Origin: a virus
Taxonomy: Duplodnaviria; Caudoviricetes
Reading direction: 5' to 3' (one strand)
Virus record (IMG/VR): IMGVR_UViG_3300032247_001693
Location: 23,996 to 87,995 of that record
DNA length: 64,000 nucleotides
Shown: one piece after another, positions 42,712 to 52,600 of the stretch
How the letters are laid out: every line of letters begins with the position of its first letter
How positions within the stretch are numbered: the first letter of the stretch is position 1
Notes under the pieces: model-generated
The model's database searches: none
What the model saw: the letters and a program-made list of their open reading frames with translations, nothing else
Told to the model about the DNA's origin: nothing
Program-made: the position numbers and the translations under genes

Positions 42712-43689
42712 ATGGCCGCAGCAGTATATAATTTTATCATAGAACAAGGTTCTGATTTTAGTATAGTATTTCAATATAATGATGCTAATGGGAAAGGTAT
42801 AGATTTAACCTCTAAATGTGTTTTATTAAGATTTATAGATAATCTCTCACAAAATATTAAGACCTTTAATAGCTGCGAGGCGAATAGTTTAGCTGGTCCA
42901 AACGGATATTCTTTAACAGCAGACAATGCCGGAACCATAGCACTCCAGATATCTGCAAAAATTACAAAAGGTTATACTTTTGATATTGCTAATTATGAGT
43001 TGGATGTTGTACAAGGATTACTTTCTGATATTGATTATAAAAATACCAGAATATCAACAGGACAAATTTCTATTTTAAAAAGATCATCTGGTATTGCGGT
43101 TTCCGATGGACAAAATAATGGTAATCCCACAACAACACCAACCGTCACAGTAACCAACCCAACTGTAACATCTCAAATAACAGATTTATGTTTACCAGAC
43201 TGTTTAACTCTAGATGTTTATTCTACAGTTTATACTGGTAGTGGTTTGTCTATATTAGATAATCAGAGTGTTAGTGGATCTGTAAATGTAACTAATACTG
43301 GTTTAATAGAAAATATTGAAATTGCCATCAATGGATTAAGACATGATAATCCTCAAGATTTAAGAATGTTTTTGTGTCCTCCTTCTGGCAATAAAGTGTT
43401 GTTATCTGCTAATAATAAAATTTCTAATTATCAGTCTGGCTTTAGTTTTATGTTCTCTAATAAAGCCCCAGCAACAACATACTTGAATACTGTAAGTCAT
43501 GGTGGAATTTGCAATATATTAGATAAAACTAGTATTGTTAAATTTAGTAATGAAACTTTAACTGGTAGTTTAACAGGATTATTCAATCGCTCTGGCACTG
43601 GAAATTGGGCGTTACTACTTAACGATAGTGATATAGGGGGATCTGGTTCTATTGATTCTTGGAAGTTAATAGTAACATATGTGGCATAA
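42712..43689 (+). CDS. virion protein with C-terminal proprotein-convertase P-domain
   Basis: I.NIEI.ING.RH....DL..FL.PPSG ... GNW.L...D...G..GSIDSWKL. Confidence 0.65.
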   Translation: MAAAVYNFIIEQGSDFSIVFQYNDANGKGIDLTSKCVLLRFIDNLSQNIKTFNSCEANSLAGPNGYSLTADNAGTIALQISAKITKGYTFDIANYELDVVQGLLSDIDYKNTRISTGQISILKRSSGIAVSDGQNNGNPTTTPTVTVTNPTVTSQITDLCLPDCLTLDVYSTVYTGSGLSILDNQSVSGSVNVTNTGLIENIEIAINGLRHDNPQDLRMFLCPPSGNKVLLSANNKISNYQSGFSFMFSNKAPATTYLNTVSHGGICNILDKTSIVKFSNETLTGSLTGLFNRSGTGNWALLLNDSDIGGSGSIDSWKLIVTYVA

Positions 43690-43691
43690 TA

Positions 43692-43886
43692 ATGAGAATA
43701 TTTCAAACATCAAATACTTATAATTCTTTAACTATAACAACTCCTATTATTAGAATAGTTCAACAAGATATAAATTCCATTGTTTTTCAAACAACTAATA
43801 CTATTTTTAATTCTTCAGTATATCTAGAAGAAAATATTCAATTAAACTCAGAGAATAATCCAACATTGTTAATATCGGAAAATTAA
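43692..43886 (+). CDS. small hypothetical protein
   Basis: ORF; start refined. Confidence 0.45.
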   Translation: MRIFQTSNTYNSLTITTPIIRIVQQDINSIVFQTTNTIFNSSVYLEENIQLNSENNPTLLISEN

Positions 43887-43887
43887 T

Positions 43888-44418
43888 ATGATAAATATGT
43901 TTGATGGACTAATTAACGATAATTTTAAAAATTTATTTAATAATGCTATAGATTCATTATTAGTAAAAGGAGCCCTAACTGTTCCTTGTACATTAAGATA
44001 TTTTGGAAATAAGACCCCCACCTTATGCTCTAATTGTATAATAGACCCAGTATCTAAAATGTCTTCTAATAAGTATAATGGGAGTGGCCCCAAAAGATTC
44101 TCAGACAATAGTATTTGTCCAATATGTCATGGGGCAGGAATGACAACGGTAGACTCTCAAGAAATCCTATATTTAGCAGTTATTTTTGATAGTAAATACT
44201 TTTTGAACTGGTCATCAAAAACAATTAAAATACCAGATGGATTAGTTCAGACTATATGTTTAGCTTCTTATTTACCAAAATTAAAAAATGCTAATGAAAT
44301 TATATTTGATACAGATATCGGAAGTTATGGTACATATGTTTATGAAAAAGCGGGCGATCCCACGCCTATCGGTTTTGGCAGCAATAGATATATTACTGCT
44401 ATGTGGAAGAATAAATAA
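43888..44418 (+). CDS. putative head-closure/neck protein with Zn finger
   Basis: CxNC...CPICxGxG; position. Confidence 0.5.
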   Translation: MINMFDGLINDNFKNLFNNAIDSLLVKGALTVPCTLRYFGNKTPTLCSNCIIDPVSKMSSNKYNGSGPKRFSDNSICPICHGAGMTTVDSQEILYLAVIFDSKYFLNWSSKTIKIPDGLVQTICLASYLPKLKNANEIIFDTDIGSYGTYVYEKAGDPTPIGFGSNRYITAMWKNK

Positions 44419-45062
44419 TGAATATTTCTGTTAAATTATTAGAAAGTAATTCCGTAATTAGAAATTTAATTTTATCAGCACTAAGAGACGATATAAATGC
44501 CTGTATTAGTAAATCTATGTCTAGTATAACAGATCAAGTAAAAGACGTTGTAAGAAAAGCCCTAAAAGATGAACCAGAATATTCATCATTAATATCAGGA
44601 CAATTAAAAGCCGAATTTGGTATATCAGATAGTTCTTCTGTTGATGCTGTAATTAATAAATTAGTAGATACATTAGTTATAACAAGAAACCCTGTATCAT
44701 ATAATAATGCGGGACTAACTGGGGGTTTTACATTAACAATGATAAAATCAGATGATTTAGGAGGAGTAGTAGGCGATGAGTCGGCAAAAGTTGTTGATTC
44801 TGAAAGAGGTTATGAACTACCTTGGCTAGAATGGTTGGCTTTATTTGGTAATCGGGCAATAGTAAAAAATTATGAGGTTAAAATGGGCGCCCATTCTCAT
44901 TCGAGATCTGGCTTGGCTATTATGGTTGAGTCTAAGAAAAATTGGAGAGTTCCCGCCCAATTCGTAGGAACAATAACCAGTAACTGGATAACAAGAGCAA
45001 TCGAAAGAGTAGACCCACAAATTTATAAGATAATACAAAATGCAATTGAGGCTAATATATGA
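44418..45062 (+). CDS. putative neck/tail-completion protein
   Basis: Position; coupled ORF. Confidence 0.45.
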   Translation: MNISVKLLESNSVIRNLILSALRDDINACISKSMSSITDQVKDVVRKALKDEPEYSSLISGQLKAEFGISDSSSVDAVINKLVDTLVITRNPVSYNNAGLTGGFTLTMIKSDDLGGVVGDESAKVVDSERGYELPWLEWLALFGNRAIVKNYEVKMGAHSHSRSGLAIMVESKKNWRVPAQFVGTITSNWITRAIERVDPQIYKIIQNAIEANI

Positions 45063-45997
45063 GTCAATTTCAAAATGTTACCAGTATAGGAAGAAAAGAA
45101 GCAACATCGTCTTTAGAAGATAATCTTAAAAGTTTTTTAGATTGGTCTTTTTTACAGATAGGTGGCTTTATTAATGTTGACTCGTCAACAACCGGCTTAG
45201 ATAGTCTAAACTATAATCAATTAAAAGTAGTTTCCGATCCAGTAGCAACAAGCAGTAAGATGTGGCAATCTCCCAGAAAAGATTGGATATATGAAAGCGG
45301 TATAGCTTATAGTGGATCTTCCCCAATATCCATTTCGGGAATATCTCTTAATGGTACTTTTTTGCCCACTCCCACAGGAAGTGGCAGTTATACTTATTCT
45401 ATTAATTATCCACTAGGCATAGTAACATTCGATAATAATGTATCCTCAGCAAGCTCCTTATCCTTAAATTATTCTTATAGATATATTCAAGTTTATAAGG
45501 CTAATGATTCTTCTTGGTGGAAAGAATTACAAGATTATGCTTATACTCCTTCAAATTCTAAAACTAACAATAATGCAATTTTTACAGCTAGTCATGGAAT
45601 TCAGATGCCATTAATTATGGTAGAAAATATAGCACGAACAGTTTTAACTCCTTATGAGCTTGGAACGACTCAAAATATTATTACTCAAGATGTTTTATTG
45701 CATATTTTTACAGAAACCCCCACGCAAAGAGATACCATAACAGACATACTTTTACTACAAAAAGATAAAACTCTTTCTTTATACGATGTTACTAAAGTAG
45801 TCCAAAATCAAGTTTTTCCACTAAATTATAAAGGCCAAATTAATCCTAGTGGATTAAATTATAGTCAATTATTTAATAGTTCAACTTATAGATCTCATTG
45901 GGCTACTATTAAAAATGCTAATGTTTCAGAAATGAATAATTTTACAAATAGTTTATTTAACACCATAGTAAGGTGGTCAGTAGAAATTTTTCCATAA
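45059..45997 (+). CDS. putative tail terminator/completion protein
   Basis: Position immediately before the tail tube gene. Confidence 0.45.
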   Translation: MSQFQNVTSIGRKEATSSLEDNLKSFLDWSFLQIGGFINVDSSTTGLDSLNYNQLKVVSDPVATSSKMWQSPRKDWIYESGIAYSGSSPISISGISLNGTFLPTPTGSGSYTYSINYPLGIVTFDNNVSSASSLSLNYSYRYIQVYKANDSSWWKELQDYAYTPSNSKTNNNAIFTASHGIQMPLIMVENIARTVLTPYELGTTQNIITQDVLLHIFTETPTQRDTITDILLLQKDKTLSLYDVTKVVQNQVFPLNYKGQINPSGLNYSQLFNSSTYRSHWATIKNANVSEMNNFTNSLFNTIVRWSVEIFP

Positions 45998-46072
45998 GTT
46001 GATTTTTTTGGTGTACTTTATGATTAGACAATACAAATAACCCCTTCTACAAATTAAGATGGAGATATAGTT

Positions 46073-47164
46073 ATGCCAGCTAATAATAGAATTTTTTATG
46101 CTTCTCAGGCTTTGAATCTAAGAGGACAAAATACAGACGGAACATCTTTTGGAACTTGGTATTCTCCAAAAGGAGTTCAAAGTGTTGGCATGACAACCAA
46201 TTTTAATATTGATCAGGTTTTCCAATTAGGTCAAATTGAACTCTATGATCAGGTAGAAGCTGTGCCAGAAATTGAAGTTACTTTAAACAAAGTATTAGAC
46301 GGCACTGTTCCACTTTATCTCTTATGTATGTGTGGAGCTACTTCTCCTTCAACTGCTAGTGGTAAAGAAATGGTTAATTTAGCCAATAATAGAGTTAATG
46401 TTAGATTAGGTATTTTTAATGATACTTTAAGTACTGCTACTGGAGCCCCTAGTTTTTATGTTGATGCTTCTGGCATGTATTTAAGTCGTTTTACTTATAC
46501 TATTCCTGTTGATGGTAATGCTACAGAAGATATTACTCTTGTTGGTAATAATAAATATTGGGGAGCTAGTGGTCTTGGAACCCCAGGAACTTCTAGTGCT
46601 AATTTCGGATATGCCTCTGCAACAGGCGCATCTCCATCAACAATTCGTAGATATAGTTTTAATTATGCTGGATCTAGTTTGCCAACTGGTGTTGGCGGCA
46701 TTAGAATCCCAAGTGGAAGAAGTAATGCTAGACCATATGTTCAGAGCGTAACAGTTAGTTCCGATCTTGGTCGTGAAGCTATCTATGAAATCGGAAGAAT
46801 GGCTCCTTACTATCGTTATGTAAGATTCCCAGTAGAAGTAACTTCAGAATTTCAAGTTATAGCTTCTGACGGAGACTATATTGATGCTAGCGACTTTAGT
46901 AACGTTACTGGTTGCGGAGCATCTTACAAGAATCTTAGTGAGCAGAATATAGTTATTCAGGTTTGTGGGTCTGGAGGTAGCGATACACTAACTTTTGATC
47001 TTGGAACTAAGAATAAATTAACATCTGTTAACTATACTGGTGGAGATACTGGTGGTGGTAATGCTAGTCTAACATATAGTTTTAGAACTTTTAATAAGTT
47101 CGTTATGACTGGTGCTGGTAGTTTTATCAATACCTCTCTACTTGGTACTGTTACTACTACCTGA
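46073..47164 (+). CDS. major tail (tube) protein
   Basis: GVQSVG.T, FQLGQ.E.Y, RExxYExG; beta-rich; position. Confidence 0.65.
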   Translation: MPANNRIFYASQALNLRGQNTDGTSFGTWYSPKGVQSVGMTTNFNIDQVFQLGQIELYDQVEAVPEIEVTLNKVLDGTVPLYLLCMCGATSPSTASGKEMVNLANNRVNVRLGIFNDTLSTATGAPSFYVDASGMYLSRFTYTIPVDGNATEDITLVGNNKYWGASGLGTPGTSSANFGYASATGASPSTIRRYSFNYAGSSLPTGVGGIRIPSGRSNARPYVQSVTVSSDLGREAIYEIGRMAPYYRYVRFPVEVTSEFQVIASDGDYIDASDFSNVTGCGASYKNLSEQNIVIQVCGSGGSDTLTFDLGTKNKLTSVNYTGGDTGGGNASLTYSFRTFNKFVMTGAGSFINTSLLGTVTTT

Positions 47165-47218
47165 TAGTTAGTATAATAAAGAATAGGTTAAAGCTAAGGG
47201 AATTAGGAATATTAATGT

Positions 47219-47362
47219 ATGGACGATTTATTTATAACAATAGGAAAACTGTATGTAGACATCTCTAGTATGCAAAAAGTATTAGAGATGCTACAAAAAC
47301 AGTTAAAAGAAAAAGATTCAGAAATTTTAGAATTAAAAAAATCTAGGATAAAGGATGAATGA
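47219..47362 (+). CDS. 47-aa coiled-coil protein
   Basis: Hand translation MDDLFITIGKLYVD...; overlaps next start. Confidence 0.5.
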   Translation: MDDLFITIGKLYVDISSMQKVLEMLQKQLKEKDSEILELKKSRIKDE

Positions 47363-48398
47363 TGCTGAACTAGAATTTCTAGTTTATAGAATTCTTTCTG
47401 GGGTATTATATTTTTATTTTAAAAATGAAAAATATGAGCTTAAATATCCAGACAATAATATTAGATATAGCGCTAATTTAATATATAATAATATTATTAA
47501 TGATGAGAAATATAATGATTGGATACGAGAAGAAAATTTAATAAATATGTTGGTTTATTTAGGACTATGGAATCGAGATACCGTTAAACTCTTAAAAGAA
47601 TTAGATAAAAAAATAGAAAATCAAAAAGTTGAACTATATAATAATTTAATTTTTCCAGATAAACAAAAAAGAATCAGATTAAAATTATCAGAATTACGTA
47701 TGCAGATTAATAAATTGAACAGTATCAAGAATGAATTTTTTACTAATACTTTAGAAGGATATGCTTCTGGTATTAAAAACGAACATATAATCTGTCATAC
47801 TTTATATAATAAAAATGGATCACTAATCTTTAATAGTGATTCTAAAATTAATTCTTCTTATGCTAATTTTAATGACCTTGTTAATGAGGTAAATAAAAGT
47901 ACTATTAGTATAGAGTCTTTTAAAAAGATAGCTCGTAGTCAATTATGGAGATCTTTTTGGAATGCTAGCAAAGATCATGTTTTTCCAGGACCAGTATGTT
48001 ATTGGACAGATGATCAGAGAACATTAGTTAATATTACAAAAATGTATGATAGTGTTTATGAGCATCCGGAGTGTCCTGCTGATGAAATTATAGAAGATGA
48101 TGATATGTTAGATGGTTGGATGATAGTTCAAAAACGGAAGAATGATAAAGCTAAAAAACAAAAAAATATTGACGAAATGAATCCCAATTTAAAGAATGCT
48201 GGTGAAGTATTCTTAATGAGTAATGATCAAGAATCTTTTGAAAATATTATGAGTTTGAACGATCCTCAAGCATCTATGAGAATGAGAGAAAAATTTGGAT
48301 ATATAACTTCTGCTGGAACCGCAGAAGACTACGAGCTACCAGATGTTCAAAGAGAAATTAGAAATAAAGGTGCCGAACTTCTTAAGAATAGGAAATAA
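47355..48398 (+). CDS. hypothetical protein (tail assembly region)
   Basis: ORF; position. Confidence 0.6.
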   Translation: MNDAELEFLVYRILSGVLYFYFKNEKYELKYPDNNIRYSANLIYNNIINDEKYNDWIREENLINMLVYLGLWNRDTVKLLKELDKKIENQKVELYNNLIFPDKQKRIRLKLSELRMQINKLNSIKNEFFTNTLEGYASGIKNEHIICHTLYNKNGSLIFNSDSKINSSYANFNDLVNEVNKSTISIESFKKIARSQLWRSFWNASKDHVFPGPVCYWTDDQRTLVNITKMYDSVYEHPECPADEIIEDDDMLDGWMIVQKRKNDKAKKQKNIDEMNPNLKNAGEVFLMSNDQESFENIMSLNDPQASMRMREKFGYITSAGTAEDYELPDVQREIRNKGAELLKNRK

Positions 48399-48401
48399 TT
48401 T

Positions 48402-48698
48402 ATGATAGATAAAGAGATATTAATGATAAATCTTACTAAAAGATTTAAAACAACAATGATAGGTGCAATTGCTCAATTCGAAGAATCTTTTGGATATTTA
48501 TGGGAACAAGATAATATAAATAGAGAACACTTTGAAGACTTGTGGGAAGAGACCAGAAATATTATATTGAATAATGGAAATAGACAATTGAGAGCAGCTA
48601 TTGATGAGGTTTCGGGCTTTATATCGGATGGACCAAAACAAAAATATCAATATAAATTTTATCTTGATAATAATAACAAACCCTATAACGGAGAATAA
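48402..48698 (+). CDS. hypothetical protein
   Basis: ORF. Confidence 0.6.
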   Translation: MIDKEILMINLTKRFKTTMIGAIAQFEESFGYLWEQDNINREHFEDLWEETRNIILNNGNRQLRAAIDEVSGFISDGPKQKYQYKFYLDNNNKPYNGE

Positions 48699-48700
48699 TT

Positions 48701-49588
48701 ATGAAAACAAAGACTTTTTCAGTTAAGATAGATGATGTTCAGAAGGAATTTTTAGTTCGTAGTCCTTCTTTGCAGGACCAGAGAGAGGCCCAGAAGATTT
48801 ACAATCAAGCTTTTACAGACGCTATTAAGAGTAAGAGCGTTGTTAGGGCAAAACTAGAAGATCTATTACAGGATCAGGGGTTGTGGAATAATGAAAAGCA
48901 GGCCCGATTTACAGAACTTCAGAGCGAGTTGAGTGAGGGCGAAAAACGATTAGCAAAGGGTGGATTCGGCTTAAATGAGGCTAAAGACCTTGCTATTAAA
49001 ATGAAGAGCGTTAGAGATCAAATTAGAGAGCTAATTAGTGTTAGAACATCACTAGATAATCATAGTGCAGAAGGTCAGGCTGATAATGCTAGATTTAATT
49101 ATTTAGTATCTGCTTGTGTGGTGTATAATGATACTAAAGAGCCATATTTTAAAGATATGGAAGATTATTTAAATAGATCAACAGAAGAAGTTAGTGCTTT
49201 GGCCGCGCAGAATTTGGCTAATATGTTGTATGGTCTGGATAATGATTATGAAATTAATCTACCAGAAAATAAATTTTTGAAAAAGTATAAGTTCATTGAT
49301 GAGAAGCTTCGTCTAGTAGATAAAAAAGGGCGATTGATCGATAGTGAGGGTAGACTAGTTAATGAGAATGGTAGATTTATTAATGAAGAAGGGAAATTTG
49401 TTGATAAGTCGGGGAACTTAGTAGATGATGAGGGCGATTATATTGTTGACTCACAACCATTCTTAGATGAAAATGGAAAACCAATTATTCTGGATGAAGT
49501 TAAAAATGAAACAAAAACTGATGAAGAAAAACCTGTCGCTTCAACAGAACCCGTTGTTTCGGAACCGACACCACCAAAGCCCGAATAG
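48701..49588 (+). CDS. putative tail assembly chaperone
   Basis: Immediately upstream of TMP; short (D/N)xxG(R/K/N)(L/F) repeats. Confidence 0.5.
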   Translation: MKTKTFSVKIDDVQKEFLVRSPSLQDQREAQKIYNQAFTDAIKSKSVVRAKLEDLLQDQGLWNNEKQARFTELQSELSEGEKRLAKGGFGLNEAKDLAIKMKSVRDQIRELISVRTSLDNHSAEGQADNARFNYLVSACVVYNDTKEPYFKDMEDYLNRSTEEVSALAAQNLANMLYGLDNDYEINLPENKFLKKYKFIDEKLRLVDKKGRLIDSEGRLVNENGRFINEEGKFVDKSGNLVDDEGDYIVDSQPFLDENGKPIILDEVKNETKTDEEKPVASTEPVVSEPTPPKPE

Positions 49589-49618
49589 ACTTTACCATAA
49601 TAATCACAAGAATAATAG

Positions 49619-49659
49619 TCCCCACTTAGTTGAAAGACTATCTGGGGATTTTATTTTTT
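49619..49659 (+). terminator. intrinsic terminator-like hairpin before the TMP gene
   Basis: TCCCCA..TAGTT-GAAA-GACTA..TGGGGA followed by a T-rich tract. Confidence 0.55.
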
Positions 49660-49674
49660 AATTAAGGAAGAATA

Positions 49675-52600
49675 ATGGCACAAGCTTTCAATCTTACTGC
49701 ACAATTAAATTTGCGTGGACCAACAAATGTTAATGCTGTTGTTACCAACATTCGTAGACAAATTGGTAATATTAGTGCTAATGTTAGTATAAACGTTAAT
49801 GCTTCAACAGCAAATAATATCGCTCAATTAAATACTAGATTAGCAGCTCTTAATACAACATTAAGAACAACAACTACCAGAGCAACTTCCGCTTCTCAAG
49901 CTATTAGACAGTTAGGACAAGCTTTTAGCTCTGTTCATGTTGGAAATATACCAGCTCAAATTAATGCGGCAGCAACAGCTATAGGTAATTTACATAGAGC
50001 AAATGCTAATGTTCATAGAGGACTAGCTCAAACATCAACAGAAATGGAAGAGTTTGGTAGACAAGCCGGATTAGCTATTCGTAGATTTTCAGCTTTCTCC
50101 ACAGTTTCCGGAGTTATTTTTGGACTTACTAATGCTATTACTCAAGGCTTAAAAGCATTTATAGATTATGATAGAGAAATAGTTAAATTACAACAGGTTA
50201 CCGGTGAATCTGCGGCAGGATTAGCGGGTTTAGGGAAAACTATTAGCACTTTAGCTACTTCTCTTGGAGTTTCATCTAGTGAATTAACAACAGTATCTAG
50301 TACATTAGCTCAGGCTGGTTTGAGTGCTAGAGATACTGAAAAAGCTCTAAAGGCTTTAGCATTAAGTAGTTTAGCTCCATCATTTGACGATATGAATAAA
50401 ACGGTGGAAGGCTCTATCGCCCTTATGAGACAGTTTGGTATTAGTGCTGGAGATTTAGATAAAGCATTAGGTTCTATTAACGCTGTTGCTGCTAAATTCG
50501 CCGTTGAAGCTAGCGACATTGTTACTGCTATTCAGCGTACCGGAGGTGTGTTTGCTACTGCTAGTAAAGGTGTTAGCGAAGGAACAGATGCCCTTAATGA
50601 ATTCATGGCTATCTTTACTAGTGTTAGAGCAACAACCCGTGAAAGTGCCGAAACTATTGCTACTGGCTTAAGAACAATTTTTACCAGAGTTCAAAGAGGC
50701 AGTACAATAGAAGCCTTAAAAGAATATGGTGTTAATTTACAAGATTTAGATGGAAAATTCGTAGGAGCATATAAAGCTGTTGAGTTATTGAGTAAGGGGT
50801 TAAACTCTATTGATCCTAGAGATATGAAATTTTCACAGATTGTTGAAGAGTTGGGAGGTTTTCGTCAGATTGGTAAAGTTATTCCTTTGATTCAACAGTT
50901 TACAACAACTCAAGAAGCATTAAAGGTTGCCCAACAAGGTCAGGGAAGTTTAGCAAAAGATGCTGCCACAGCACAACTATCACTAGCTAATCAAATTATT
51001 AAAGTAAGAGAAGAATTTTTAACATTATTTCGTACGATAGGATCCTCAGATACTTTTCAAGTTATGATTAAGGGGGCATTAAGTTTAAGTAGTGCTTTTA
51101 TTAGGATTGCTGATAGTATTAAAGGTATATTGCCAGCCCTAGCTATTTTTGCCGCATTTAAGGGAGCTTCTGCGGCCACTCAATTTATTGGGGGATTTGC
51201 TGGGGCAGTTAGAGGAGGCCAAAGAAGAGCAGAAGGAGGCCCCATAAGAAGATTTGCCTCTGGAGGTTTTGTTCCCGGTAGTGGAGATGGAGATACTGTA
51301 TCTGCCAGATTAACTCCTGGTGAATTCGTTATTCGTAAAAAAGCCGTTCAAGCTATTGGTGTTGATAATCTTCATCAAATGAATAGATATGCTGAGGGAG
51401 GATCAGTAAGATCGTCTAAAAATACTGGGGATGTTTCTAGAAATAATAGGTATTTTGATGGTGGAACAGTAAAAGAATTAATATCTAAAACCAAGGGTGG
51501 ATCAACAATAGCTAATTATCAAAAAAATAATTCTGATATTATTCAAGATACTGATAGGGTTAAATCTAATAGAGACTCTATACAATATCGATTAACGGAT
51601 GACGATAAACGGGAATTATTTAATAGTACATTAAATTCTTCTGGTGGCAGAAATAGATTCGTTAAGGGTGGAATAAAAAGATATAATAAAGTAGAATGGG
51701 CTGATACTTTTGAGTCTATAATAGCTAAAAAATATGGTTATTCTAAAACTAGTGATATTCAAAAATATGGACCTTCTTTTGCTCAAGATCTAGAAAACGC
51801 AAAAGGTGAATTTGCAGAAGTTAAATTTACAAAAAATCCAGTAAGTTTAGAGCATCTTGTAAGTAAAAAATTAAGAACAATTTTACAAACTAGACCTAAA
51901 AGCAGTTGGGGATTTACCTCATCACCAAATGATCAGAATGATTTAGGAGCAATTAAAGTATTTGAATTAGCAGAAGGGGAAAAAGATAATTTTGTTAAAG
52001 AATATAGAGGGAAAAAATTCGATCCCAAATATAATCCGAAAAGACTTAATACTGGTGGATTAGTTCAAAAGTTTGCTGCTGGAGATGTTGTAAAAAGATC
52101 AATAGGTTACATAGATAGGGACGTATTGGCTGATCAGGAAAATTCTGCAATTGTTGGTCCAGAAATGGAGAGATTAAAAATAAAAGAATTTTCTGAATAT
52201 AAAATGTATTTATCAAAATTAGCAATTGCTGCTAGAAAAAAGGGGGATGTTTCTAAACTTACGCCAATAGTTGGTGTTGCTGGAGCTGGCAAAAGTTCAT
52301 TAGTTCAAGGAAGAGGAACCGACACTGGAAGATTAAGACAAACTACTCGTTTTCCAATATTAACAGCTCAAGATATTAGTAGGGCAACACAAATATTAGA
52401 TATTACTAGTACAGTAACTCCAGAAAAATTAGATGCATTTTTAAAAGATGCAGATAAACCAGTATCTATATCTTCTTCAACAAAAGAAGAAATGGAAGAA
52501 ATTATAAGAAGAAGAGGAGAAAGAGTTATTACTAGAAAAAATTTATTTGGTAGAGAACCTAATTCTACAGATAAAGCTCCAGTAGATAGTGGGCCACTAG

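Noticed and set aside
47355-49588. Programmed frameshift in tail assembly chaperones
   Set aside because: No convincing slippery heptamer with an overlapping extension frame was identified by eye.
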